Under the pieces are notes generated by a model, which was given only the letters and a program-made list of their open reading frames with translations, made no database searches and had not been told where the DNA came from. From the NCBI GenBank assembly GCA_965243135.1, contig OZ251539.1:4192001-4256000 (forward strand): a stretch of 64,000 bases of DNA. Direction: 5' to 3'. The position numbers and the translations under genes were made by a program. Shown here piece after piece: positions 1 to 11,029 of this stretch. Position 1 is the first letter of the stretch, and every line of letters starts with the position of its first letter. The DNA is from Alphaproteobacteria bacterium. Lineage in GTDB: Bacteria; Pseudomonadota; Alphaproteobacteria; MPNO01; UBA830.

Positions 1-170
1 ACGCAGCGGAAAAGGAGAACGCCAATGGCTGACGAATCGCGCTGGATTTGAGCGTGGTCAGGAACCTCGCCGAAAACGGATCGAAGGTGGCGGCCGTGAG
101 CAACCGGCTGTTTGCGGACAGCAGGGCTTGGTAAGCGGGCGACCTTCCGTACGGGAAATTCATCATTGAC

Positions 171-298
171 GAGGCGAACGCCCCCGCCGCCCCGGCGCCT
201 TGACTCACCGGCCAACCCATCCCCATACTGTCCTTGCACAGCCACACACAGCCACACACACCGACCGCCGGTATTGCGCTTCGGAGTCGATAGCGGGA
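171..298 (+). repeat. Dispersed non-coding element, copy A (promoter-bearing putative mobile-element end)
   Basis: 184-230 matches 17353-17399 at 46/47 nt, and 261-298 matches 17418-17455 at 35/38 nt. 171-190 is the exact reverse complement of 17334-17353. Internal 10-bp tandem duplication GCCACACACA x2 at 241-260. Confidence 0.9.
200..229 (+). promoter_or_regulatory. Putative sigma70 promoter inside copy A, pointing at NHLP precursor 1
   Basis: TTGACT (200-205), 18-nt spacer, CATACT (224-229). Identical in copy C. Confidence 0.55.
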
Positions 299-331
299 GT
301 CCTGAGCCTAAACATCGCAGGGAAGACGACC

Positions 332-727
332 ATGCATATTCACCAGGAAGGCATCTACCAATATGTTCGCCAGCAGGGCATCATTCTTCAGGGCCTCGCC
401 GACGCCTGCCATTCCGACGAGGATCGGCTGCGCGAGGTCGAGGAGCGTCCGAAGGACGTTCTGCGGGAACATGGAATCCATGTGTCGATGGATGTGGACG
501 TGAACATCGTCCTCAACACCCACGACACCTTCCATTTGGCCATGCCTCCCGACCCGAACCGGACGCTCCGGGACGAGGCGCTGATGGCGGTCGTCGGCGG
601 CTCGGCCCCAAACACGGCGAGCTCGGCGGCAACCATTGGGAGCTTTCCTTCCACCGCGAGTTCGCTCAGCTCCGTGAGCTCCGCGCGGGTTACTTCGTCT
701 CCGACCATGGAACCCTATAACCCTTGA
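332..727 (+). CDS. NHLP (nitrile hydratase-like leader) RiPP precursor peptide, 131 aa, Ser/Thr-rich core
   Basis: ATG at 332 after AGGGAAG. Leader has PKDVLREHG..VNIVLNTHDTFHLAMPPDPN..DEALMAVVGG (NHLP-type motifs plus double-Gly site). Core is SAPNTASSAATIGSFPSTASSLSSVSSARVTSSPTMEPYNP. Confidence 0.85.
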   Translation: MHIHQEGIYQYVRQQGIILQGLADACHSDEDRLREVEERPKDVLREHGIHVSMDVDVNIVLNTHDTFHLAMPPDPNRTLRDEALMAVVGGSAPNTASSAATIGSFPSTASSLSSVSSARVTSSPTMEPYNP

Positions 728-790
728 CCGCGAATCCTGCGATGATTGGTCGGCGCGCCGTCGTGCGAATCAGCTTCGGCGGGGGCAATC

Positions 791-807
791 TCGGAGTTGA
801 TAGCGGG
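791..807 (+). repeat. Short copy B of the element end motif (TCGGAGTTGATAGCGGG)
   Basis: 17/17 identical to 17438-17454 and 16/17 to 281-297. Lies 63 nt downstream of the NHLP1 stop. Confidence 0.8.
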
Positions 808-840
808 TAGGGTTTGAGTTTGCAGACGGACTTCTTGCCG

Positions 841-1050
841 AAATAGCGCGCGCACCGTTTGTCCGTCGTCGCGCTGAACATCAATGCCCTTCCGCTCGTA
901 ACCCGGCCCTTCGACCTGGTCCAAAGCGCCTCGCTAGTCTTCTGGAATCCTGAACAGGACGCCGAAAGAGCGTTTGCCGGGAACCTCCCTCAAGGTCGCC
1001 TTTCCCGAACCGTCCTTGCTCGGTTTGCTGAAGTCCAGGGCATAGCCGTC
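841..1050 (-). pseudogene. Gamma-glutamylcyclotransferase (GGCT/AIG2-like) remnant
   Basis: One frame reads GYALDFSKPSKDGSGKATL..GVLFRIPED*RGALDQVEGPGYERKGIDVQRDDGQTVRALF. In-frame TAG at 934-936; no recognisable N-terminal YFAYGS motif. Confidence 0.55.
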
Positions 1051-1337
1051 CGCGGAGCGTCGGCCGGGCGTCGAACCGACAAAAAATGGTACAGCGCAAG
1101 CGGTTCGGTTTTTTGCTCGGTGCGGCCGTTTGGCCGTTTGCCGCAGGGCGGCGGCGGCGTACGGCCGGCCGTGGGGTGGAATCCGCGAAAATCGCGACCT
1201 TGGCGCGGAGAATTCGCAGTTTTCCGCACCCGAGGAAAAAAATTCCGCACCCCGGAAAGCTGCCCGCATTTCAAGACGTTACGAACAGCGCACGCGGCTC
1301 CAATTCGGACTTCCCCGGAACGCTGCGAAAAGGCTGT

Positions 1338-1427
1338 TGGCGGAGAGTGAGGGATTCGAACCCTCGGTACGCGTGCGCGTACAACGGTTTTCGAGACCGC
1401 CCCGTTCGACCGCTCCGGCAACTCTCC
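1338..1427 (-). tRNA. tRNA-Ser (anticodon CGA)
   Basis: Reverse complement GGAGAGTTGCCGGAGCGGTCGAACGGGGCGGTCTCGAAAACCG..GGTTCGAATCCCTCACTCTCCGCCA: acceptor stem, long variable arm, T-loop GTTCGAATC, encoded CCA. Confidence 0.97.
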
Positions 1428-1498
1428 GCCCGAGAGAGTACCTCAGCGCGCCGAACCGCACAACTGGGCCTCGTCGCCCGGAAGAGCGGCACCGGGCG

Positions 1499-1526
1499 TT
1501 GACAATGCCGCCGCGCCTCTTATATT
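1499..1526 (+). promoter_or_regulatory. Putative sigma70 promoter of rplU-rpmA
   Basis: TTGACA (1499-1504), 16-nt spacer, TATATT (1521-1526), 60 nt upstream of rplU. Confidence 0.55.
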
Positions 1527-1586
1527 CCGCCACCGCATCCGGATGAACGGCCTGCCGGAATGCGGAGATGAGGAGCCGGAACGGAC

Positions 1587-2180
1587 ATGTACGCAGTGGT
1601 CAGGACAGGCGGCAAGCAGTACCGCGTCGCCAAAGACGACGTGATCGTCGTGGAAAAGCTCGATGCCGCTCCCGGCGAGGTGATTGAGCTGGGCAGCGTT
1701 CTCGCGATGAACGACGGAGTTCGGCTGACCCTCGGCGAACCTCTGGTCGACGGCGCAAGCGTGACCGCGACGGTCCTGGAACAGAAAAGAGACGACAAGA
1801 TCGTCGTTTTCAAGAAAAAGCGCCGCAAGAACTATCGCCGGACGCGCGGTCACCGCCAGTCCGTTACCGTTCTTCGCATCGGGGAAATCCGTGCGGAATC
1901 CGGAATCCCGGCTCCTGAAATCGCGGCCCCGGCGGAAGAGGATCCCGTCGCGGAGCCGGAACGTCCGGAGGCCGCGGCCGAGGTAGAAGAAAATCCCGTC
2001 GCGGAGCCGGAACGTCCGGAGGCCGCGGCCGAGGTAGAAGAAAATCCCGTCGCGGAGCCGGAACGTCCGGAGGCCGCGGCCGAGGTAGAAGAAAATCCCG
2101 CAGCGGAACCGGAACGTCCGGAGGCCGCGAACGAAACGGATGACGGCGGAGAGGCTTCCGCCGTCCGCCAGGGAGACTGA
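1587..2180 (+). CDS. rplU: 50S ribosomal protein L21 with acidic repetitive C-terminal extension
   Basis: MYAVVRTGGKQYRV..KIVVFKKKRRKNYRRTRGHRQ; GAGGAG SD; followed by rpmA. Confidence 0.97.
   Translation: MYAVVRTGGKQYRVAKDDVIVVEKLDAAPGEVIELGSVLAMNDGVRLTLGEPLVDGASVTATVLEQKRDDKIVVFKKKRRKNYRRTRGHRQSVTVLRIGEIRAESGIPAPEIAAPAEEDPVAEPERPEAAAEVEENPVAEPERPEAAAEVEENPVAEPERPEAAAEVEENPAAEPERPEAANETDDGGEASAVRQGD
1942..2129 (+). repeat. 51-bp coding tandem repeat (3 perfect copies plus 1 partial) in rplU
   Basis: Unit starts ATCCCG at 1942, 1993, 2044 and 2095; encodes PVAEPERPEAAAEVEEN. Confidence 0.95.
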
Positions 2181-2183
2181 AGC

Positions 2184-2441
2184 ATGGCTCACAAGAAGGC
2201 GGGCGGCAGTTCCCGCAACGGCAGGGATTCCGCCGGACGGCGCCTCGGCGTCAAGAAATTCGGCGGCGAAGCCGTTCTCCCCGGCAACATCATCGTCCGG
2301 CAGCGCGGCACCAAATGGCATCCCGGCGACAACGTCGGCATCGGCAGGGACCATACGATCTTCGCCAGAACCGAAGGCCGGGTGGCGTTCCGCCGCCGGA
2401 CCGGAGGCCGGGTGTACGTTTCGGTCGAACCGGCCGGCTGA
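2184..2441 (+). CDS. rpmA: 50S ribosomal protein L27
   Basis: [34 protein letters not shown]. Confidence 0.98.
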   Translation: MAHKKAGGSSRNGRDSAGRRLGVKKFGGEAVLPGNIIVRQRGTKWHPGDNVGIGRDHTIFARTEGRVAFRRRTGGRVYVSVEPAG

Positions 2442-4641
<2,200 letters not shown>

Positions 4642-4645
<4 letters not shown>

Positions 4646-5901
4646 GCGGAGACGACCTGGCTGCCGCCATGGAGCGGCTCGGACGCGCGGCCCGCGGGGC
4701 GGCCGGAGAACTCGGCCGGGCGCCCTCCGACCGGAAGAACGCCGCCTTGCGCGGCGCGGCGGCGGCTTTGCGAACGCGCAAGGACGATCTGCTCGCCGCC
4801 AACGAAAAGGATCTGGCGGCGGCGGAGGGCGTCTCGCCGGCGCTGCGCGACCGGCTCCGCCTCGACGAAGGGCGGATCGAAGCCATGGCCAAAGGCCTGG
4901 AGGAAATCTCGCGGCTCGACGATCCCGTGGGCGACGTCATGGCGTCCTGGAATCGGCCCAACGGCCTCGCGATCTCCCGGGTCCGGGTTCCGCTCGGCGT
5001 CATCGGACTCATCTACGAATCGCGCCCGAACGTCACCGCCGACGCGGGCGGGTTGTGCCTCAAGTCGGGAAACGCGGCGATATTGCGCGGCGGCTCCGAA
5101 AGCGGCCATTCGTCGCGGGCCATCTTCGAATGCCTGCAGGCGGGGCTGGCGGAAGCGGAACTTCCCGCGGGCGCGATCCAGATCGTGCCGACCGCGGACC
5201 GCGCGGCGGTCGGCCATCTGCTCGCCATGACCGACTACGTGGACATAATCGTGCCGCGCGGCGGAAAATCGCTCATCGAGCGCGTGCAGCGGGAGAGCCG
5301 CATTCCGGTGATCGCCCATCTGGAGGGCCTTTGCCATGTCTACGTCGACGGCGCGGCCGATCCGGAAATGGCGCGCAGGATCGTCTTCAACGCGAAGATG
5401 CGCCGCACGGGGATCTGCGGCGCGACGGAAACCCTTCTGGTGGATCGCGCGATCGCAAGCGAGGCGTTGCCGTCCATCATCGAAGATCTCGCCGATGCCG
5501 GATGCGAACTGCGCGGCGACGAAGCCACGCGGACGCTCGACCGGCGCGTGGGAAAGGCCGCCCCGGAGGACTGGCGGACCGAGTACCTCGACGCCATCCT
5601 GTCGATTCGGCAGGTCGAGGGGCTCGACGCCGCGATCGATCACATCAACGCCTACGGCTCTCATCACACGGACGCGATCGTGACCGCCGACGCCTCCCGG
5701 GCTCAGGCGTTTTTCGAGCGGGTCGATTCCGCGATCGTCCTGCACAACGCGTCCACCCAGTTCGCGGACGGCGGCGAGTTCGGCATGGGGGCGGAAATCG
5801 GCATCTCCACCGGCCGGCTGCATGCGCGAGGTCCGGTCGGCGTCGAGCAGTTGACCACCTTCAAATACGTCGTTCGCGGCGCGGGACAGGTTCGGCCCTG
5901 A
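4642..5901 (+). CDS. proA: Gamma-glutamyl phosphate reductase
   Basis: [45 protein letters not shown]. Confidence 0.97.
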
Positions 5902-6530
5902 CCGTCCTCGCGAAGAGCCGCCGAGGCCACGCGGCGACCGGGCTTCGCATCGGCATTTTGGGCGGTTCGTTCAACCCCGCCCACGATGGCCATATGCATA
6001 TCAGCCTGCTGGCGCTGAAGCTGCTTCGCCTCGACGAGGTGTGGTGGATGGTCTCGCCCCAGAACCCGCTGAAGCCGTCGCTGGGAATGGCGTCGTTCGA
6101 CGAACGGATGGCGGGCGCGACCGCGCTGGCCCGTCATCCCTGCATCCGGGTGACGGACATCGAACGCCGCTTCGGAACGACCTACACCGCCGACACCCTG
6201 GTCATTCTCAAACGGTGCTTCCCCAAGACCAGCTTCGTCTGGATCATGGGCGCCGACAATCTCGCGCAGATCTCGAAATGGCAAAACTGGACGCGCGTAT
6301 TCAATCTTCTGCCCATTGCGGTTTTCGACAGGGCTCCCTATTCTTTCGGAGCGCTCGCGGGGAAGGCGGCGAAGGCGTTCTTCCGGTTCAAGAAGAAGCG
6401 GAACGACGCCTGCAGCATCGCCGACATGAAGCCGCCGGCCTGGATGTTCTTCCACACGAGGCTGCATCCCGGGTCGGCGACGGAAATCCGCTCACGCAGA
6501 CGGGCGCGAAACGGGAAGCACGCGAACTGA
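5898..6530 (+). CDS. nadD: Nicotinate-nucleotide adenylyltransferase (start uncertain, probably CTG)
   Basis: [15 protein letters not shown] (HxGH), [16 protein letters not shown]; conserved proA-nadD-rsfS order. Confidence 0.9.
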   Translation: MTVLAKSRRGHAATGLRIGILGGSFNPAHDGHMHISLLALKLLRLDEVWWMVSPQNPLKPSLGMASFDERMAGATALARHPCIRVTDIERRFGTTYTADTLVILKRCFPKTSFVWIMGADNLAQISKWQNWTRVFNLLPIAVFDRAPYSFGALAGKAAKAFFRFKKKRNDACSIADMKPPAWMFFHTRLHPGSATEIRSRRRARNGKHAN

Positions 6531-6904
6531 ACAAGCTAGCGAACGACGGCGGAACGGCGGAAGCCCTGCTCGCCGGGATCAGCGAAACCCTTGAAGCGCA
6601 CAAGGCTCAGGACGTGGTGGTCATCGACCTCTCCGGAAAATCGGACATCGCCGACTACATGGTCGTCGCCAGCGGCGGATCCCGCCGCCAGGTCACGACG
6701 ATGGCGGAAAAGCTCGCCGAAACCGTGAAGGCGCACGGCGTCTCGGGCATGCGGCCCGAAGGGCTCGCGCAGGCCGACTGGGTGCTGCTCGACGCCGGCG
6801 ACGTCATCGTCCATCTGTTCCGTCCGGAGGTCCGCGCCTTCTACAACCTGGAAAAGATGTGGAGTGCCGAATTGCCGGGCGACCGGGATTCGGCGACCGC
6901 CTGA
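6527..6904 (+). CDS. rsfS: Ribosome silencing factor (start uncertain, probably CTG)
   Basis: KAQDVVVIDL..IADYMVVASG..DWVLLDAGDVIVHLF..RAFYNLEKMW. Confidence 0.92.
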   Translation: MNKLANDGGTAEALLAGISETLEAHKAQDVVVIDLSGKSDIADYMVVASGGSRRQVTTMAEKLAETVKAHGVSGMRPEGLAQADWVLLDAGDVIVHLFRPEVRAFYNLEKMWSAELPGDRDSATA

Positions 6905-6906
6905 CC

Positions 6907-7392
6907 GTGGACATCGCCATCTGCGCGGTGGGCCGCCTCGGACCGGGGCCCGAGCGGGAGCTGATCGAACGGTTCTCGAAACGGCTTCGCTGGAATTTCG
7001 AAATCCGCGAGGTGGCCGAGCGCCGGAAACTGCCGCCCCCGGCGCTTCGGGAACGGGAATGCGAACTTCTCCGGGCGGCTTGTCCGCCGGGATCCCTGCG
7101 CGTCGCGCTCGATCGAACGGGAAGCGATCTCGACAGCGAGGGACTGGCGGCGCGGCTGGAAGCGTGGCGCGACGCCGGGCGCGGAGTCGCCTTCGTCATC
7201 GGCGGCGCGGAAGGGCTGACGGCGAGCCTCCGGGAGAGCGCGGACTTCGTGCTCGGCTTCGGGACGGCCACCTGGCCGCACATGCTGGTCCGGGTCATGC
7301 TGACGGAGCAGCTCTACCGGGCTCAGGAAATCCTCGCCGGCAACCCCTATCACCGGGGTTCGCGGCGCAACGAACGAAAGGCGGCGGCATGA
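6907..7392 (+). CDS. rlmH: 23S rRNA pseudouridine(1915) N3-methyltransferase
   Basis: IAICAVGRL, FVIGGAEG, TWPHMLVRVMLTEQLYRA..NPYHR; GTG start. Confidence 0.93.
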   Translation: MDIAICAVGRLGPGPERELIERFSKRLRWNFEIREVAERRKLPPPALRERECELLRAACPPGSLRVALDRTGSDLDSEGLAARLEAWRDAGRGVAFVIGGAEGLTASLRESADFVLGFGTATWPHMLVRVMLTEQLYRAQEILAGNPYHRGSRRNERKAAA

Positions 7393-8951
7393 CCGGCGAA
7401 CGACCGCGACATCCGGTCGTGCTCTGCGTGCTGGACGGATGGGGGCACCGGGAAGACCGGACGGACAACGCGATCGTCCAAGCCAACGCACCGGATTTCT
7501 GGGAGTTGCGTGAAACCTGCCCGCAGGCGCTGATCGAGGCGTCCGGCGTTGACGTCGGGCTTCCGGCGGGCCAGATGGGCAACTCGGAAGTGGGACACCT
7601 CAACCTCGGCGCGGGCCGCGTCGTGGACCAGGACATTCGCCGGATAGACGAGGCGATCGAGACCGGCGCCCTGGCCGCGAAGCTCGACGAATTCGCGGCG
7701 TCCCTCTCGGCGTCGAAGGGCGTTTGCCACCTGGCCGGGCTGCTGTCTCCCGGCGGCGTGCATTCCCATCAGGACCACATGGCGGAGATCGCCCGGATAC
7801 TCGACGAGCGGGGCGTGCAGGTTGCGGTGCACGGCTTTCTCGACGGCCGCGATTCTCCGCCCTTGAGCGCCGTCGAATTCGTTCGGACGTTCGAAAGGCG
7901 CATCGCGGGCGGGCGGGCGCGGATCGCCACGCTGTGCGGCCGGTTCTACGCGATGGACCGGGACCGGCGCTGGGACCGGGTCGCGCGCGCATACGACTTG
8001 CTGGTTTCCGGGGCGGGAGACCGGGCTTCCGGCGCGGTCGCCGCAATTCGCGAAAGCTATGCCCGCGACGTTACCGACGAGTTCATGCTCCCGGCCGTCG
8101 TTGGCGACTACGCGGGAATGCGCGACGGCGACGGGCTGTTGATGGCGAACTTCAGGGCCGACCGGGCGCGCGAGATCCTCGGGGCGCTGCTCGACCCCGG
8201 GTTCGACGGATTCGAGCGCAAGCGGACCGCGAAGTTCGCCGCGGCGCTGGGACTGACCGGATATTCCGCCGCGCTCGACGCGCTGATGGGATCGATGTTT
8301 CCGCCGCTGCCGCTGGACAACATTCTCGGAGGCGTCATCTCGAAAGCGGGCCTGCGGCAGCTGCGCATCGCCGAAACCGAGAAGTACGCCCACGTCACCT
8401 TCTTCTTCAACGGCGGCGAAGAGGCGCCGTTCGCGGGAGAGGACCGGGCGCTGATCCCGTCGCCCCGCGTCGCCACGTACGACCAGCGTCCGGAAATGTC
8501 GGCCTTCGAAGTGACCGACCGGCTGGTCGCGGAGATCGCGTCCGACCGCTACGGCTTCGTGCTCGTGAACTACGCCAATCCTGACATGGTGGGGCACACG
8601 GGAATGCTGGAGCCGGCCGCCGCCGCGATACGCGCCGTCGACGCCTGCCTCGGGCGCGTCGCCGAGGCGGTGCGCCGGGCGGGCGGCGTTTTGTTGATCA
8701 CTGCGGACCACGGGAACGCGGAATCGATGCGGGACGCCGAGACCGGCGCGCCGCATACGTCCCATACGCTCAACAAGGTCCCGGCGGTTCTCGTTAACGC
8801 GCCGGAAGGCTTGGCGCTGCGGGACGGCCGGCTCGCCGACGTCGCGCCGACGGTGCTCGATTTGATGGGAATCGAGGCGCCCGCCGAAATGACCGGCGTC
8901 TCGCTTCTGGCGCCGGACGCGGCTGCTTCGGCGGCGCGAAACACGGCCTGA
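7389..8951 (+). CDS. gpmI: 2,3-bisphosphoglycerate-independent phosphoglycerate mutase
   Basis: LCVLDGWG, GQMGNSEVGHLN, AETEKYAHVTFFFNGG, NPDMVGHTG, TADHGN. Confidence 0.96.
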   Translation: MTGERPRHPVVLCVLDGWGHREDRTDNAIVQANAPDFWELRETCPQALIEASGVDVGLPAGQMGNSEVGHLNLGAGRVVDQDIRRIDEAIETGALAAKLDEFAASLSASKGVCHLAGLLSPGGVHSHQDHMAEIARILDERGVQVAVHGFLDGRDSPPLSAVEFVRTFERRIAGGRARIATLCGRFYAMDRDRRWDRVARAYDLLVSGAGDRASGAVAAIRESYARDVTDEFMLPAVVGDYAGMRDGDGLLMANFRADRAREILGALLDPGFDGFERKRTAKFAAALGLTGYSAALDALMGSMFPPLPLDNILGGVISKAGLRQLRIAETEKYAHVTFFFNGGEEAPFAGEDRALIPSPRVATYDQRPEMSAFEVTDRLVAEIASDRYGFVLVNYANPDMVGHTGMLEPAAAAIRAVDACLGRVAEAVRRAGGVLLITADHGNAESMRDAETGAPHTSHTLNKVPAVLVNAPEGLALRDGRLADVAPTVLDLMGIEAPAEMTGVSLLAPDAAASAARNTA

Positions 8952-9266
8952 AGATCGCACGTTGCAGGGCGCCGCCGCGAAGCGAGCCGGGCGACGCCCG
9001 GCCGACGGCGCAGGGAAGGAGCCCGGCGAAGGATCCTCCGCCCGAAGCCTTCGGAAGAAAGCGCCGGCTCCGTCGACCGTCTCTTCCCGGCTCGCGCTGT
9101 CCGTCCCTGCCGCTTCCGATTTTCCGCGGAACGGGATAGACTTCGCCGTGCGGCCGGCCGCGCCGGGTTTTCGCAGCGGCGCGGCCCTCGACGGACGCGC
9201 AGGATTGGCGCGCGGGACCGGGAGAGATCCCGCGCCGCCCGACATGGCATGCGAGGTAAGCAAGCA

Positions 9267-10511
9267 ATGATCAATCGGTTGATGGCCATCGGCATCGTGG
9301 CGCTTCTGTTGTCGCATCCGGCGTCAGGTCAGCAGAACGGTTCCGAAACCTACCGGCAGCTCGAGCTGCTCGGGGACGTCTTCGAGCGCATCCGCGCGGA
9401 GCATGTCCAGGAAGTGTCGGACGAAGACCTCGTGGAAGCTGCCGTCAACGGCATGCTGGCCTCGCTCGATCCGCATTCGAGCTATCTGAGCCCGAAGGAC
9501 TTCCGCGACATGCAGGTCCACACGCGCGGCGAGTTTGGCGGCCTCGGCATCGAAGTCACGATGGAGAACGGCGTCGTCAAGGTGGTTTCCCCGATCGACG
9601 ACACTCCGGCGTTCCGCGCGGGATTGAAGCCGGGCGACCTGATCACGCATCTCGACGGCGAGCCGATACAGGGGCTCAGCCTCGCGGAAGCCGTCGAGAA
9701 GATGCGCGGTCCGGTCGACACCGATCTCGAACTGACGGTCCGGAGAGCGAACCGCGAACCGTTCAAGGTCAAGATCACGCGGGCGGTCATCAAGATCCGG
9801 TCGGTCCGCTCGCGCATGGAAGGCGAGGATATCGGCTACGTCAGGATTACCTCATTCAACGAACAGGCCGGCCCCGATCTCGAGAAGGCGGTCGCGAAAT
9901 TGAAGGAAGAAACCAAGCTTCGCGGACTGGTCTTGGACCTGCGCAACAATCCCGGCGGCTTGCTCGAGCAATCCGTCGCGGTCGCGGACGCCTTTCTGGA
10001 AAGCGGAGAAGTCGTTTCGACCCGCGCGCGCCGCCCCGACGACAGCCAGCGGTTCAACGCGAAGGAAGGAGACATCGCGAAGGGGATTCCGATCGTCGTT
10101 CTCGTGAACCGCGGGTCGGCGTCGGCCTCCGAGATCGTCGCGGGCGCGCTGCAGGATCACCAGCGGGCGCTCATCATGGGAACGAGAACCTTCGGCAAGG
10201 GATCGGTGCAGACCGTGATCCCGCTCGGTCCGCACGGCGCGATCCGGCTGACGACGGCGCACTACTATACGCCCGCGGGCAGATCGATCCAGGCGAAGGG
10301 CATCGATCCCGACATCCCCGTGGAACAGGCCAGACTGCAGACCGTGGAATCTTCCTCGCCGCGGGAGGAAGACCTTCGCGGACGGCTGGACAACCCCGGC
10401 GCCGAGGGAGGCACGGACGCGCCCGCCGCTCCCGAACGGCAGGACTACCAGCTGTCGCGAGCGCTCGATCTGCTGCGGGGGATTTCGCTGTTTTCCGGAG
10501 CGAACAACTGA
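9267..10511 (+). CDS. ctpA: S41 carboxy-terminal processing protease (CtpA/Prc-like)
   Basis: Signal peptide, PDZ (FGGLGIEV), DLRNNPGG, SASASEIVAGALQD, FGKGSVQ. Confidence 0.92.
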   Translation: MINRLMAIGIVALLLSHPASGQQNGSETYRQLELLGDVFERIRAEHVQEVSDEDLVEAAVNGMLASLDPHSSYLSPKDFRDMQVHTRGEFGGLGIEVTMENGVVKVVSPIDDTPAFRAGLKPGDLITHLDGEPIQGLSLAEAVEKMRGPVDTDLELTVRRANREPFKVKITRAVIKIRSVRSRMEGEDIGYVRITSFNEQAGPDLEKAVAKLKEETKLRGLVLDLRNNPGGLLEQSVAVADAFLESGEVVSTRARRPDDSQRFNAKEGDIAKGIPIVVLVNRGSASASEIVAGALQDHQRALIMGTRTFGKGSVQTVIPLGPHGAIRLTTAHYYTPAGRSIQAKGIDPDIPVEQARLQTVESSSPREEDLRGRLDNPGAEGGTDAPAAPERQDYQLSRALDLLRGISLFSGANN

Positions 10512-11029
10512 CCGGGGAGCGCGGCGCGCCGCCCGCCGGCTACCGTCCCTGCGTCGGCGTCATGCTGGTCGACCGGCTCGGGCGCGCGTTCACGGGCGAA
10601 CGGATCGACACGCCGGGAGCGTGGCAGATGCCACAGGGCGGCCTCGACGAAGGCGAGACCCCCGAGCGGGCGGCGGCGCGGGAGCTGCGGGAAGAGACGG
10701 GGATCGTTTCGGTCGAGTTGCTTGCGGTTTCCGGCGAATGGCGCGCCTACGACCTGCCTCCGCGGATCGCGTCCGGCATCTGGGGCGGCCGCTGGCGCGG
10801 CCAGGCCCAGATCTGGACGCTGTTTTCGTTCGTCGGCGACGAGGCGGAAATCGACCTCAGGACGAAGCATCCGGAGTTCCGGCGCTGGAAATGGACGCCG
10901 CCGGACAGGCTCCTCGACGAAATCGTAGACTTCAAGCGCGGCGTCTACGAAGCGGTGCTGGAGGAATTCGGATCCGTCGCGCAACGGCACCTCGACGCTC
11001 GAAGGCGCCGCGTGCCGCCGCAGGCTTAA
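10508..11029 (+). CDS. rppH: RNA pyrophosphohydrolase (Nudix), start probably CTG
   Basis: YRPCVGVML lies upstream of the first ATG (10562); Nudix box WQMPQGGLDEGE..AARELREETG; VDFKRGVY. Confidence 0.9.
   Translation: MTGERGAPPAGYRPCVGVMLVDRLGRAFTGERIDTPGAWQMPQGGLDEGETPERAAARELREETGIVSVELLAVSGEWRAYDLPPRIASGIWGGRWRGQAQIWTLFSFVGDEAEIDLRTKHPEFRRWKWTPPDRLLDEIVDFKRGVYEAVLEEFGSVAQRHLDARRRRVPPQA

Noticed and set aside
237-260. GCCACACACA repeats as a CRISPR or phase-variation tract
   Set aside because: Only two units, no spacers and no cas genes; a simple slippage duplication inside copy A.
184-298. Repeat element as a known riboswitch or ncRNA
   Set aside because: I recognise no consensus of a known riboswitch class. 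An Rfam/Infernal scan would be needed, and its position at gene-truncation junctions fits a DNA element better.
112-720. Longer ORFs (112-720, 200-727) over NHLP1
   Set aside because: Their N-terminal parts run through the non-coding repeat and promoter. SD and leader homology support the ATG at 332.
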